Virus record (IMG/VR): IMGVR_UViG_3300045988_134226
Direction: 5' to 3' (one strand)
From: a virus
Length of the DNA: 60,175 bases
How positions within the stretch are numbered: position 1 is the stretch's first letter; every line of letters begins with the position of its first letter. The notes beneath the pieces are model-generated. The model saw only the letters and a list, made by a program, of their open reading frames with translations. It made no database searches and had not been told where the DNA came from. Shown here in pieces: positions 1-7,857 of the stretch. The position numbers were made by a program, and so were the translations under genes.

Positions 1-55
1 GCCAATGCAGAAACAAGGTTACAAAGGCTTTTCGGGGTATAGTCTTGTTTCTTAT
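1..55. repeat. Exact 55-bp terminal overlap, copy 1 (identical to 60121..60175). Signature of a circular assembly.
   Basis: Bases 1-55 (gccaatgcagaaacaagg...cttat) recur exactly as the last 55 bases. An ORF reads through the junction in frame. Confidence 0.95.
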
Positions 56-248
56 CTGTTCTGTCTGCTTCGTAATATTGCCATAAGGCTTGTAGCCAAT
101 CTTTTGTATCGTCCACGATTTCAAGGTACTTATTATAAAAGTCCTCATTATGATTTAACACGGTTTCCATTAACACATTGCCAATGTCTTTAGTTTCTTT
201 TACATTGCAAAGTTCTAATGCCTTGTTCTTAAATTCTAATAGCTCCAT
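1..248 (-). CDS. First 82 codons of an N6-adenine DNA methyltransferase. The body of the gene is 58812..60120, so the gene crosses the circular junction.
   Basis: ATG at 248 has GGAG about 12 nt upstream and reads without a stop to base 1. The frame joins the 58812..60125 ORF (..QDYTPKSLCNLVSAL|AGNCNCFYDCCGGSGAL..). Confidence 0.8.
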   Translation of the reverse strand, partial: MELLEFKNKALELCNVKETKDIGNVLMETVLNHNEDFYNKYLEIVDDTKDWLQALWQYYEADRTDKKQDYTPKSLCNLVSAL

Positions 249-257
249 TACTTTGTT

Positions 258-1946
258 TTACTCCAATCTTAACACTTGATTATTAACAACAGGGGCAAGA
301 TAATAATTTGATTTTGCCATAACATTATTGTAGGCTTCTTCGCCCTGAAAACTGTCTATAACTTCCTTTTCCTCCGCTGTCATATCTTGATATGCCTTTT
401 TGCCGTATGCAGGAGGTAACCAACCCTTACGCTGTCCTGCGTAAATGTTAAAGCGGTCTATTAATTCGGGACAAGTGAATGTAATATGTACCGTGCCTTT
501 TTTATAAAAATTGACTTTGAAAAATTTACATTTGATGTTTTTAGTTTCTCCGCACTTAAAGTGACAGTCGATAATATCCCAACTATCAACTTCCCTTGTC
601 ATACCGCCGTCAAGAAAATTCAGTATTCTTTCAATATCTTCAAGTGTTTTTCTTGCACTGTATGAGTCAACTCTATCGCTGTAATCACTAAACACACCAT
701 AACAAGGTATAATTACTTTCTTATCAATCTTGTAAGCACTATTTGTTTTCCAACCGTTATAATAATGCCTATTCTTTGAAAATTCAGGATAATATGAGTG
801 TTTTTCGGTCAATCGGTCATACATTGCAACTATTTCGTCCTCTATTCCTTGCTTTATGCGTGAGTTCATTTCAGCCGACAATGTATATATGTTAAACTCG
901 GTAAAGTCGTAATCAGCGAGTTTATAAACTTGCTCCATATATTCCTGTTGTAGTTTACTTGTTAATTTTTGTGTAAACTTTCGATTTGATAACAACGCTT
1001 TCCAATATTTAAGACGAACATCTCTCAAATAATCGTTAATAGTTACGCAATCGTTACCATAACTTCTATCTTTTTGGTTTAAAAGTCGCAATATAGGTTT
1101 TTTGCTATAAATATCATCATCAAAACTATTCTGCATATATGGCATTAACGCTCTGTACTTACGGATAAGTTCAAGTCCTGACTTAACCTCAATATTAAAT
1201 AGATTTACCGCCGCTTTGATGTAATCGGTTACTTCAAGGTCTGTCACATTTTCGTAAACATCTTCTACTTGTTCAGCCTTTTTGAAGTGATTATAAATAT
1301 CGCTTTCCTCTTGCACTTGTTCAATAGCAACCTTAATCAATGCTACTTGTACGCCTGTTGGTCGTTCTGCTGATATAAAAGCATTATCTATATATTCAAT
1401 TTGAGCGTTGTATTTGTTGAGCAATTCCAACAATGATTTACGGCTTTCTGTATAGGGGTTTTTAAGCGTTTCTGCATTAAGTAGGCAAATTATATTACCG
1501 CCTTTTTCTTGCATTTTGAGGGCTTTCAAGAGGTGTTTATCACCGTTTGAAAATGGAGGGTTCATTATGATGAGGTCATAACGCTTGTAGGGGCTATATG
1601 TGAGAAAATCGTCGTGTATGATGTGTATTCCCTTGTTAAAGAAGTATTCTCTTTCAGCGTCATTATAGTCAAATTGACATTCTCTTTCATCAGAAAAATT
1701 GTACTTTAGAATTTGTCGTAAATTCGGGTCAATCTCAATACAATCAACATCAAAAGAAGTATTATACAAACTATGCTCTTTTTTTGCTATTTCTCTTAAT
1801 ATATCGCCTTTACCTGCTGACGGCTCTAATATTGTGTTTATGTAATTCCAATTAGCACCTGTCAACATTTTATCAACTATGTTTTTAGGTGTAGGGTAAA
1901 ACTCGCTTGTTTGCTCGTTTTCTACCATTTGCATTAAATTACTCAT
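258..1946 (-). CDS. N6-adenine DNA methyltransferase with a long C-terminal extension
   Basis: 562 aa. Motif I is ILEPSAGKGDIL and motif IV is DLIIMNPPFS (order I then IV). The roughly 330-aa C-terminal region has no catalytic motif I recognise. Confidence 0.85.
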   Translation of the reverse strand: MSNLMQMVENEQTSEFYPTPKNIVDKMLTGANWNYINTILEPSAGKGDILREIAKKEHSLYNTSFDVDCIEIDPNLRQILKYNFSDERECQFDYNDAEREYFFNKGIHIIHDDFLTYSPYKRYDLIIMNPPFSNGDKHLLKALKMQEKGGNIICLLNAETLKNPYTESRKSLLELLNKYNAQIEYIDNAFISAERPTGVQVALIKVAIEQVQEESDIYNHFKKAEQVEDVYENVTDLEVTDYIKAAVNLFNIEVKSGLELIRKYRALMPYMQNSFDDDIYSKKPILRLLNQKDRSYGNDCVTINDYLRDVRLKYWKALLSNRKFTQKLTSKLQQEYMEQVYKLADYDFTEFNIYTLSAEMNSRIKQGIEDEIVAMYDRLTEKHSYYPEFSKNRHYYNGWKTNSAYKIDKKVIIPCYGVFSDYSDRVDSYSARKTLEDIERILNFLDGGMTREVDSWDIIDCHFKCGETKNIKCKFFKVNFYKKGTVHITFTCPELIDRFNIYAGQRKGWLPPAYGKKAYQDMTAEEKEVIDSFQGEEAYNNVMAKSNYYLAPVVNNQVLRLE

Positions 1947-1952
1947 TGTTAC

Positions 1953-2165
1953 TTACCTTTCTATTTCTTTATAAACAAAACTCTTTCCGTTGCCGTAAAC
2001 AACAAACCGTCCTTTACCCTCATAATCTCTCACTATATTTTGGGGGTTTTTCATAAGTTCAAGGGCGTATTGCCGTACTGCTTCAAGTGGTGATTTAGCA
2101 TAGATATATGTATCATCTGCCATAAGTCCTTTGTTAAGGTCAACTATACGATATTTAGTATTCAA
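1953..2165 (-). CDS. hypothetical protein
   Basis: 70 aa with a TTG start preceded by AAAGGTAAG. Tightly packed in the operon. Confidence 0.55.
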   Translation of the reverse strand: MNTKYRIVDLNKGLMADDTYIYAKSPLEAVRQYALELMKNPQNIVRDYEGKGRFVVYGNGKSFVYKEIER

Positions 2166-2171
2166 TGTTGC

Positions 2172-2378
2172 TTACCTTTCTTCGATTACGGTTTGAGTTA
2201 AGCACTCAATCAATTCGTATTTCTTATCAAGTAGAGTTTCTACTTTCTTCATTAAAGCCCTTACTCTCGATTTGTTAAAATCCTTGTCTATCCAAGTCAA
2301 TTTAACAATTTCATTGTTAGGACCTGTAATATGAGCATTTACTTCACTTAACTTTTGTTCAACCGTTTCGTATTCCAT
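2172..2378 (-). CDS. hypothetical protein
   Basis: 68 aa. The start follows two-hairpin element copy 1 and SD GAGAGGAA. Confidence 0.6.
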   Translation of the reverse strand: MEYETVEQKLSEVNAHITGPNNEIVKLTWIDKDFNKSRVRALMKKVETLLDKKYELIECLTQTVIEER

Positions 2379-2391
2379 AATTTCAATTCCT

Positions 2392-2450
2392 CTCTGCGTT
2401 TTAAGACCGCCGTCTTATTATGGAATAGGGCTGATACGCTCAACCCTTTA
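2392..2450 (-). promoter_or_regulatory. Conserved two-hairpin RNA element, copy 1
   Basis: Minus-strand RNA has AGGGUUGA-GCGUA-UCAGCCCU, then a linker, then AAGAC-GGCG-GUCUU, then AAAACGCAGAGAGG (SD). Nearly identical to 7858..7917. Covaries with 51876..51940. Confidence 0.7.
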
Positions 2451-3011
2451 CCATTCAAAACATTCTTTCATTCTTACAAATTCTGCTGAACGATTTTTCT
2501 TAAATTCTCTTACTATTGATGAAACGCTACGGTGTTCGTTAATTATTACTTCAACATTGGAGGCATTTGTCCAATGCACATTTCCGTTTTCGTCCTTAAA
2601 GCCAATTCTTGTGACTTCGTTCCACCAACGCTTGTATCGGTCAAAATTTGCATTTCCAATCCAAAAACATTCGCCTGTTGTACCTTTAGGGACTTTTCTA
2701 CCTTTAACAACTACAACCTTTTTACCCTTTCCAACTGTTTTTTCATTTCTGCGAACAGTTCCGATAAACTCCTGCAACATTCTGTTGTAACCGTTTCTTA
2801 AATAACTGCGATAATTTTCTTCCGTAATATCAACCTCGGCACTCCCACAACCACCACAACGAGTTGTGTCGTATTCGATAGTATCAATCTTGCCTGTTTC
2901 AGGGTTAAAACAATCTGCATAAAAATCGCTATCATTATAGCCATTTCTTTCCCAAATGTTAAAAACACAACCTGCATAAGTAACATTTCCGTTATTGTCT
3001 TTAATAGCCAT
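2448..3011 (-). CDS. hypothetical protein (first gene behind operator promoter A)
   Basis: 187 aa with SD GAAAGGAAA. Contains a Cys cluster (RCGGCGS). No family recognised. Confidence 0.65.
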   Translation of the reverse strand: MAIKDNNGNVTYAGCVFNIWERNGYNDSDFYADCFNPETGKIDTIEYDTTRCGGCGSAEVDITEENYRSYLRNGYNRMLQEFIGTVRRNEKTVGKGKKVVVVKGRKVPKGTTGECFWIGNANFDRYKRWWNEVTRIGFKDENGNVHWTNASNVEVIINEHRSVSSIVREFKKNRSAEFVRMKECFEW

Positions 3012-3063
3012 AGTAATTTCCTTTCATGGTTTAAGGATTGTCCGCTTCCTTATTACATTTGTA

Positions 3064-3092
3064 ATTGTACTACTTTTGTAGTATAAAATCAA
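3064..3092 (-). promoter_or_regulatory. Early promoter A with an embedded palindromic operator
   Basis: On the minus strand: TTGATT, 17 nt, TACAAT. The spacer holds the palindrome TACTAC-AAAA-GTAGTA (3068..3083; extended 3065..3086). Confidence 0.65.
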
Positions 3093-3156
3093 GGAAATTA
3101 ACATATTTTGTAAGGTTGCACAAATTACGCACGATTGTTTTATATAATTTGTATAA

Positions 3157-3669
3157 TTACTCCCAAGCGGCGGAAAACTCTTTATCTTTGAACAATGCTT
3201 GTAAACCGCTTAACTGTTTAAGCCTTAAAAGTTCCTCTGCGTCCATACCGATATTTTTTAATATCCAAGCGTCCGACATACCGCTTTCAACAAGTTCGGC
3301 AACAATGTTTGTCATTAGTTCGATTGAGTGGCTTCCTCTCGCTCTGTTGTGCCTTATTGTGCTTGCCATTCGGTTAGATATGTCCTTGTCAATCGTTACA
3401 ACAGGCAAACAACCATTTTCACGCTCGTAAATGTCTTTATGCGTCAGCATTACGGTGTATCTATGGTAGCCGTCCACAATCTCGTATTTGTCAATGTCAG
3501 CAAGATAATAGCAGACAATCGGCATAGTATAGCCGTCCTCTTTAATTGATTGATAGAGTAATTTCATTTCAGGCGGTGCAACGCTGTTAGGGTTATAGGC
3601 GTTTGCCTGTATCTTTTCAATCGGTATTGCTTTGACATCATAAACAGGTGATTTATACATAGTGTTCAC
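3157..3669 (-). CDS. ParB/Srx-fold protein, IbrB-like partner of the PP-loop enzyme
   Basis: 170 aa with ..ANAYNPNSV.., VDGYHRY (DGxHR-type motif) and RHNRARGSH. Starts 4 nt after the stop of the upstream PP-loop gene. Confidence 0.75.
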   Translation of the reverse strand: MNTMYKSPVYDVKAIPIEKIQANAYNPNSVAPPEMKLLYQSIKEDGYTMPIVCYYLADIDKYEIVDGYHRYTVMLTHKDIYERENGCLPVVTIDKDISNRMASTIRHNRARGSHSIELMTNIVAELVESGMSDAWILKNIGMDAEELLRLKQLSGLQALFKDKEFSAAWE

Positions 3670-3672
3670 TCC

Positions 3673-4962
3673 TTATAATTTCTTGTATTTTTCTATTGCC
3701 GACTTTCTCTTTTTGATTTCGTTCTTTGTTTGAGCAAAGCCCATATATTTACAGTAATAATCATTTTTGATGATACAAACGCACATTCTTTTGTAGGTCG
3801 GTACTTCCTTGAATTTTGTGCAGGTTGTATCGTCTAAATAATCATTAAATGCAATAACTCTTTTGGGTGATATTTTGCTTGTATTTCCCTTGTCTATAAA
3901 GTCTGCGTTTTCTTCTTCAAGTTCGGCTATTGTTTCATCATCAAGGCAACCGCCTTTTTCTTTCCAAAACTTGATTGAAGTATTTAGTTTTTCGAGGTAA
4001 TGTGCTTTTGTTTTTTCGTCAAGGGTATCAAGTAGAAAGTAACAATATTCTTTCCAAGTGAAATGTGCAGGCTTTTTGATAGACTTCCAACCCATAGCTG
4101 TTGTATCGCCGTACAGCCCTAAAAAGTTTACACCGTTTACCCTGCCTATCATTTTGCCCCAATTATTCGGGTCAATCACCTTGTAATACTTTAGTGTTGC
4201 TCCTGCACAATCGTTAAAGGGGCTTGCTACTCGCATTTGTTCAATGCTCATTCCTGCTTGATAATACAAATCATACAATCGGTTGTATGGCTTTTCGTAT
4301 TTTGCGTTGTATATCCATATATCTTGTGTTTCCCAATCGTAAATAGGGAAGCCGTGATAAACGCCACAAATCTGTTCAAGCACATACTTTTTACCTTTGT
4401 ATTTGCGTATATCCGTTTTGGCTCTCATATAGCGTGTGTAACTCTCGCTTGCCCTTATTCCTGTTATTACAATAGTACTTTTATTTCCGTTTATTTTCTT
4501 GTACCACACGCAAAAATTATCTTGCACCTCGTAATCAGGCTTGTTATATTCAAACTCGCAATTATCTTGATTTATAACAAAATCGTATTCAGGCATATTC
4601 CGCACCCAAATATCTTTTTTTGATTGCTCCCACGGTGTCCAATATGCACCTTGCATATTACAACAGCATTGTGCTTTAATCGGCAGGCACAACCAATACC
4701 GCTTAATGTCGCTAAACTGCTTGAATGTTTCCTCTACATAGTCGGTAGTCATTTGATATTGTGCTTCATAGTCGAGGTGATACATTGCCAACTTATCAAG
4801 CATATTATGCTCTTTGGCATAGTCATAGCAGAGGTTTAGGCAAACGCCACTATCCTTGCCGCCGCTGAACGCTACAAGAATATTATCAAATTCATCAAAA
4901 ATGTATTTTAGCCGCTCCTGTGTGGCTTCATAAACATTTTGACTTAAATACTTTTTACCCAC
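3673..4962 (-). CDS. PAPS-reductase-family PP-loop ATP pyrophosphatase (IbrA/DndC-like)
   Basis: 429 aa. N-terminal PP-loop VAFSGGKDSGV, plus a roughly 200-aa C-terminal domain. The GTG start (SD AAGGAG) overlaps the SNF2 stop by 19 nt. Confidence 0.8.
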   Translation of the reverse strand: MGKKYLSQNVYEATQERLKYIFDEFDNILVAFSGGKDSGVCLNLCYDYAKEHNMLDKLAMYHLDYEAQYQMTTDYVEETFKQFSDIKRYWLCLPIKAQCCCNMQGAYWTPWEQSKKDIWVRNMPEYDFVINQDNCEFEYNKPDYEVQDNFCVWYKKINGNKSTIVITGIRASESYTRYMRAKTDIRKYKGKKYVLEQICGVYHGFPIYDWETQDIWIYNAKYEKPYNRLYDLYYQAGMSIEQMRVASPFNDCAGATLKYYKVIDPNNWGKMIGRVNGVNFLGLYGDTTAMGWKSIKKPAHFTWKEYCYFLLDTLDEKTKAHYLEKLNTSIKFWKEKGGCLDDETIAELEEENADFIDKGNTSKISPKRVIAFNDYLDDTTCTKFKEVPTYKRMCVCIIKNDYYCKYMGFAQTKNEIKKRKSAIEKYKKL

Positions 4963-6182
4963 TCTTTAACTCCTTTCTTTGCTATTTCCTTTTTTACTTC
5001 ATCAAGCAAATTTGACTTTTTATTCAGGCTTCCTTGTATCAGCCGTTCAAGCCCTACATTGCACCATAGATTATAATAATCAACATCATATTCTTGCCCC
5101 ATTCTGTATATCCTTGCTTCCGCCTGTTCTCGCTGTGCGTAATCAAAGGAGTGTTCGGCAAATATGATATTTTTGCAGAATTGTAGGTTAAGACCGTATG
5201 CACCGCAACCATAAGTAATATATAGCACCTTTTCGTTGTCCTTAAAGCGTTGTATCGCTTCCGCTCTTTGCTCTGTGTTCATTTCACCTACAACCTTTAA
5301 CGCTCCGTCAGGTATGCTATTTAGATATTTCACAAACACAATTACTTTGCCGTCAATATCATCAATAAGCCGATTGAGTTTCAAGCATTTTTCGGTTGCA
5401 TTGCAATAATGAGATTGCAACAGTTGTGTTAATGCGAAAAAATCAATGTTATTCATATCGTCAAAGCACTTGTTTAAATAGTCGGTTTTAATAAATTCGT
5501 ATTCGTTAAGTTCTGCCGCACTCATTGAATAGGCTATATCGTGATACGCTTTCCTTGCTTCAATATCAAGTTCACAATCGAAAATATACGGTTGTATGAG
5601 GGATATTAGATGTTCAATGTTGTATTGCTCTTTTACCATTCCTTTTAACTTTCCACGAATGTAATACTCGCAATAGGTGTCTTTGAAATGGTTGTAACTC
5701 ATATTGAGGATTTTAGGGGATAAAAACTGCATTTGCGTCCAAAGGTCAAGAACATTCTTTGATAGTGGCGTGCCGTTCAAAATCAATTTGTAGGTTGCCA
5801 ACTCGCCGATTTTCAATATTCTTTTGGTGCGGTTGGCTTCTTTGTTTTTGATTTTCAGGCTTTCGTCTACTACCACAAAGCACCGCTTACCTTGCATTTT
5901 TTCAAGCGTTTCTAAATAAATGCGGTCACTCATTCCGATACTCTCGCAACCTACAACATCAAGTCGTAAATCAGCGTGCCATTTCTGCCGCTCCGCTTCA
6001 ATCTCGCCTTTCAGGGAACAAGGGCAAATCCAAAGGACATAATCAACCTTGTGTATCTTGCTTTGAATAAGGTCAAGAGCAACCTTTGTCTTGCCTGTTC
6101 CCATTTCCATAAATAACGCACCAACTTTAAGCCGTGACAGTTTGTCAAATGCTAATTGCTGTTTATTCGTCTTTGAGTTCAT
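4944..6182 (-). CDS. Compact SNF2-family ATPase/helicase
   Basis: 412 aa. Motif I MGTGKTKVA, II VVVDESLKIKN, III LNGTPLSKN, VI QAEARIYRMGQ. Confidence 0.85.
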   Translation of the reverse strand: MNSKTNKQQLAFDKLSRLKVGALFMEMGTGKTKVALDLIQSKIHKVDYVLWICPCSLKGEIEAERQKWHADLRLDVVGCESIGMSDRIYLETLEKMQGKRCFVVVDESLKIKNKEANRTKRILKIGELATYKLILNGTPLSKNVLDLWTQMQFLSPKILNMSYNHFKDTYCEYYIRGKLKGMVKEQYNIEHLISLIQPYIFDCELDIEARKAYHDIAYSMSAAELNEYEFIKTDYLNKCFDDMNNIDFFALTQLLQSHYCNATEKCLKLNRLIDDIDGKVIVFVKYLNSIPDGALKVVGEMNTEQRAEAIQRFKDNEKVLYITYGCGAYGLNLQFCKNIIFAEHSFDYAQREQAEARIYRMGQEYDVDYYNLWCNVGLERLIQGSLNKKSNLLDEVKKEIAKKGVKEWVKSI

Positions 6183-6606
6183 CAGGTACTTTCACCTCTT
6201 GCGGTTGTAACATTTTATTTTTAGGTGTTTGTGTTTGACGCATATAATTTTTATACGCCTTGTCTTGTTCAAACAGTTCTTTCGGCTGTTCGTTGCTTTG
6301 AAAATCAGTATCAAACATTTCTTTCAATATATCGTGAACATTTTTAACACCCTCAATACTAAAATTGTAATCAGCATAAATTTGCCTGCCATTTACAAAT
6401 ATAACCTTTCGTGGTTTTCTTCCATTATGATTGCAAGGATAGTTATAACCAACCTTTCCGTTATCGTATTCCACATTGCAACGCCACCATACATTCAACT
6501 TGTCTTTATTATTTTTTAAATCCTCTGCATATGTTTCCGAGGTTGTAGCAAGGACTAAATCGCCCCTATTATCTGTGATTGTGATTTTAACTGCGTTGTT
6601 ATTCAT
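6163..6606 (-). CDS. hypothetical protein
   Basis: 147 aa. The start overlaps the upstream stop (ATGAATAA) and the 3' end overlaps the SNF2 start. Confidence 0.65.
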   Translation of the reverse strand: MNNNAVKITITDNRGDLVLATTSETYAEDLKNNKDKLNVWWRCNVEYDNGKVGYNYPCNHNGRKPRKVIFVNGRQIYADYNFSIEGVKNVHDILKEMFDTDFQSNEQPKELFEQDKAYKNYMRQTQTPKNKMLQPQEVKVPDELKDE

Positions 6607-6997
6607 TGTCTTGCAACTCCTTTATTGAATTATGCTCAACCGCTTCAATCGTCTGCGGCTTGTGTGTTTCGTAAGGGTTTTTAAATTCCTTTTCGGTTAT
6701 GTTTTCATTGACAACTCCGAAAGCGTTTTCAAATTCCTCAACATCAATAACTTTTTCGTCTATGACTTCACGGCTGTTATATCTGCCTTTTCCGTACTTT
6801 TTCAATGTAAATGTAAAGTCGTCAGTATAGCCGAGTGATACCGACGCCGAATGTCTGCCGTTTCTTATCAACTTTGATGTATGCCAAAAGGCGTAACCGT
6901 CATAATCAGAATTGTGTGGCATAGCGATTAAAACCGCCTTGCCTGTGTCTGCTTTAATTTGATTTGTGTTGATATTGATATTCTTCCAATTTGCCAT
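6599..6997 (-). CDS. hypothetical protein
   Basis: The track ORF is 6599..7015. ATG at 6997 (MANWKN..) has SD AAAAGGA and begins 1 nt after the upstream stop. Confidence 0.6.
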   Translation of the reverse strand: MANWKNININTNQIKADTGKAVLIAMPHNSDYDGYAFWHTSKLIRNGRHSASVSLGYTDDFTFTLKKYGKGRYNSREVIDEKVIDVEEFENAFGVVNENITEKEFKNPYETHKPQTIEAVEHNSIKELQDNE

Positions 6998-6998
6998 T

Positions 6999-7202
6999 TT
7001 ACTTGTCCTTTTCATACGCTGTTGCTAATGCAATGAATACGGCTGTATTTTCAACTTTTTTCATTCGGTCATATGTTTTCTTTGCTTTTTGTAAAACTCG
7101 CTTATTTCGGCGCTTGCAAGCACTGTCTGCAATAAGTGTTATGAACATCACAAGTGCAAGCGTTCCGAAAAACACTAAACCGAAAACTTGATACTCTGTC
7201 AT
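6999..7202 (-). CDS. small membrane protein
   Basis: 67 aa with an N-terminal hydrophobic helix (VFGLVFFGTLALVMFITLI) followed by a basic tail. Confidence 0.55.
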   Translation of the reverse strand: MTEYQVFGLVFFGTLALVMFITLIADSACKRRNKRVLQKAKKTYDRMKKVENTAVFIALATAYEKDK

Positions 7203-7228
7203 TTGTTTTTACTCCTTTCGTGTGGCGG

Positions 7229-7426
7229 TTATTGTACCGCCTTTACCGTTACATCTGTAATTTGATACTTTGTAATCGTACCGTCTTTGTCGATTGCTTC
7301 AAAATTCCAACCCTCGCCGTTAATTGTTGGGTGTGGTCTTGACATTATGTAATCAATAGCCTGTTCAGGCGTTGCATACGCTTCCTGCGATACTTTGCCG
7401 TCAGCAAATATTAAATAGACTTTCAT
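7229..7426 (-). CDS. hypothetical protein
   Basis: The track ORF is 7229..7513. The internal ATG at 7426 (MKVYLIF..) avoids overlap with 7431..7847. Confidence 0.55.
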   Translation of the reverse strand: MKVYLIFADGKVSQEAYATPEQAIDYIMSRPHPTINGEGWNFEAIDKDGTITKYQITDVTVKAVQ

Positions 7427-7430
7427 TTTG

Positions 7431-7847
7431 TTACTCCTTTGTCCAATAGTTACCGATACAACCGTTAGTGCTATCCCATATGTCATTAACCTTGCCGTCC
7501 ACGATTGCCACAATATGATTACCGCCTATGTGTGCAATGTAATTTTCATATCGTCTTGCTCTCTCACAAAATTCTTTACCTGTGTATTTTGTGTTATCTG
7601 CTTTTCTCGGCTGTTTGTGCATTACCCAACCTTTAGCCTTTAGATAGCGTTTATATGTATGTGGGTCATCAACAATATATCCGTATTTAATACCCACTTC
7701 AGTTAATTCCCTTACGGTTTGTTCCCAAGACTGATTTAACGCCGTGCATATCGCTCTTATCACGCAATCTCCACCAATTTTATTTTTAGAGTTTGCGTTG
7801 TAATAGTGAAATGTACTTGTGTCTTGATACTTTTCTTGCCTTTTCAT
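7431..7847 (-). CDS. hypothetical protein, possibly a papain-fold Cys/His enzyme
   Basis: 138 aa. GGDCVIRAI (Cys) and GGNHIVAIVDG (His) followed by NDIWD resemble a Cys-His-Asp arrangement. The function call is weak. Confidence 0.6.
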   Translation of the reverse strand: MKRQEKYQDTSTFHYYNANSKNKIGGDCVIRAICTALNQSWEQTVRELTEVGIKYGYIVDDPHTYKRYLKAKGWVMHKQPRKADNTKYTGKEFCERARRYENYIAHIGGNHIVAIVDGKVNDIWDSTNGCIGNYWTKE

Positions 7848-7857
7848 TTGAATACCT

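Noticed and set aside
1-55. The 55-bp terminal direct repeat as a biological terminal redundancy or LTR
   Set aside because: The repeat is exact, has a typical assembler k-mer length, and a protein-coding frame runs straight through it. It is best explained as a circularisation overlap of the assembly.
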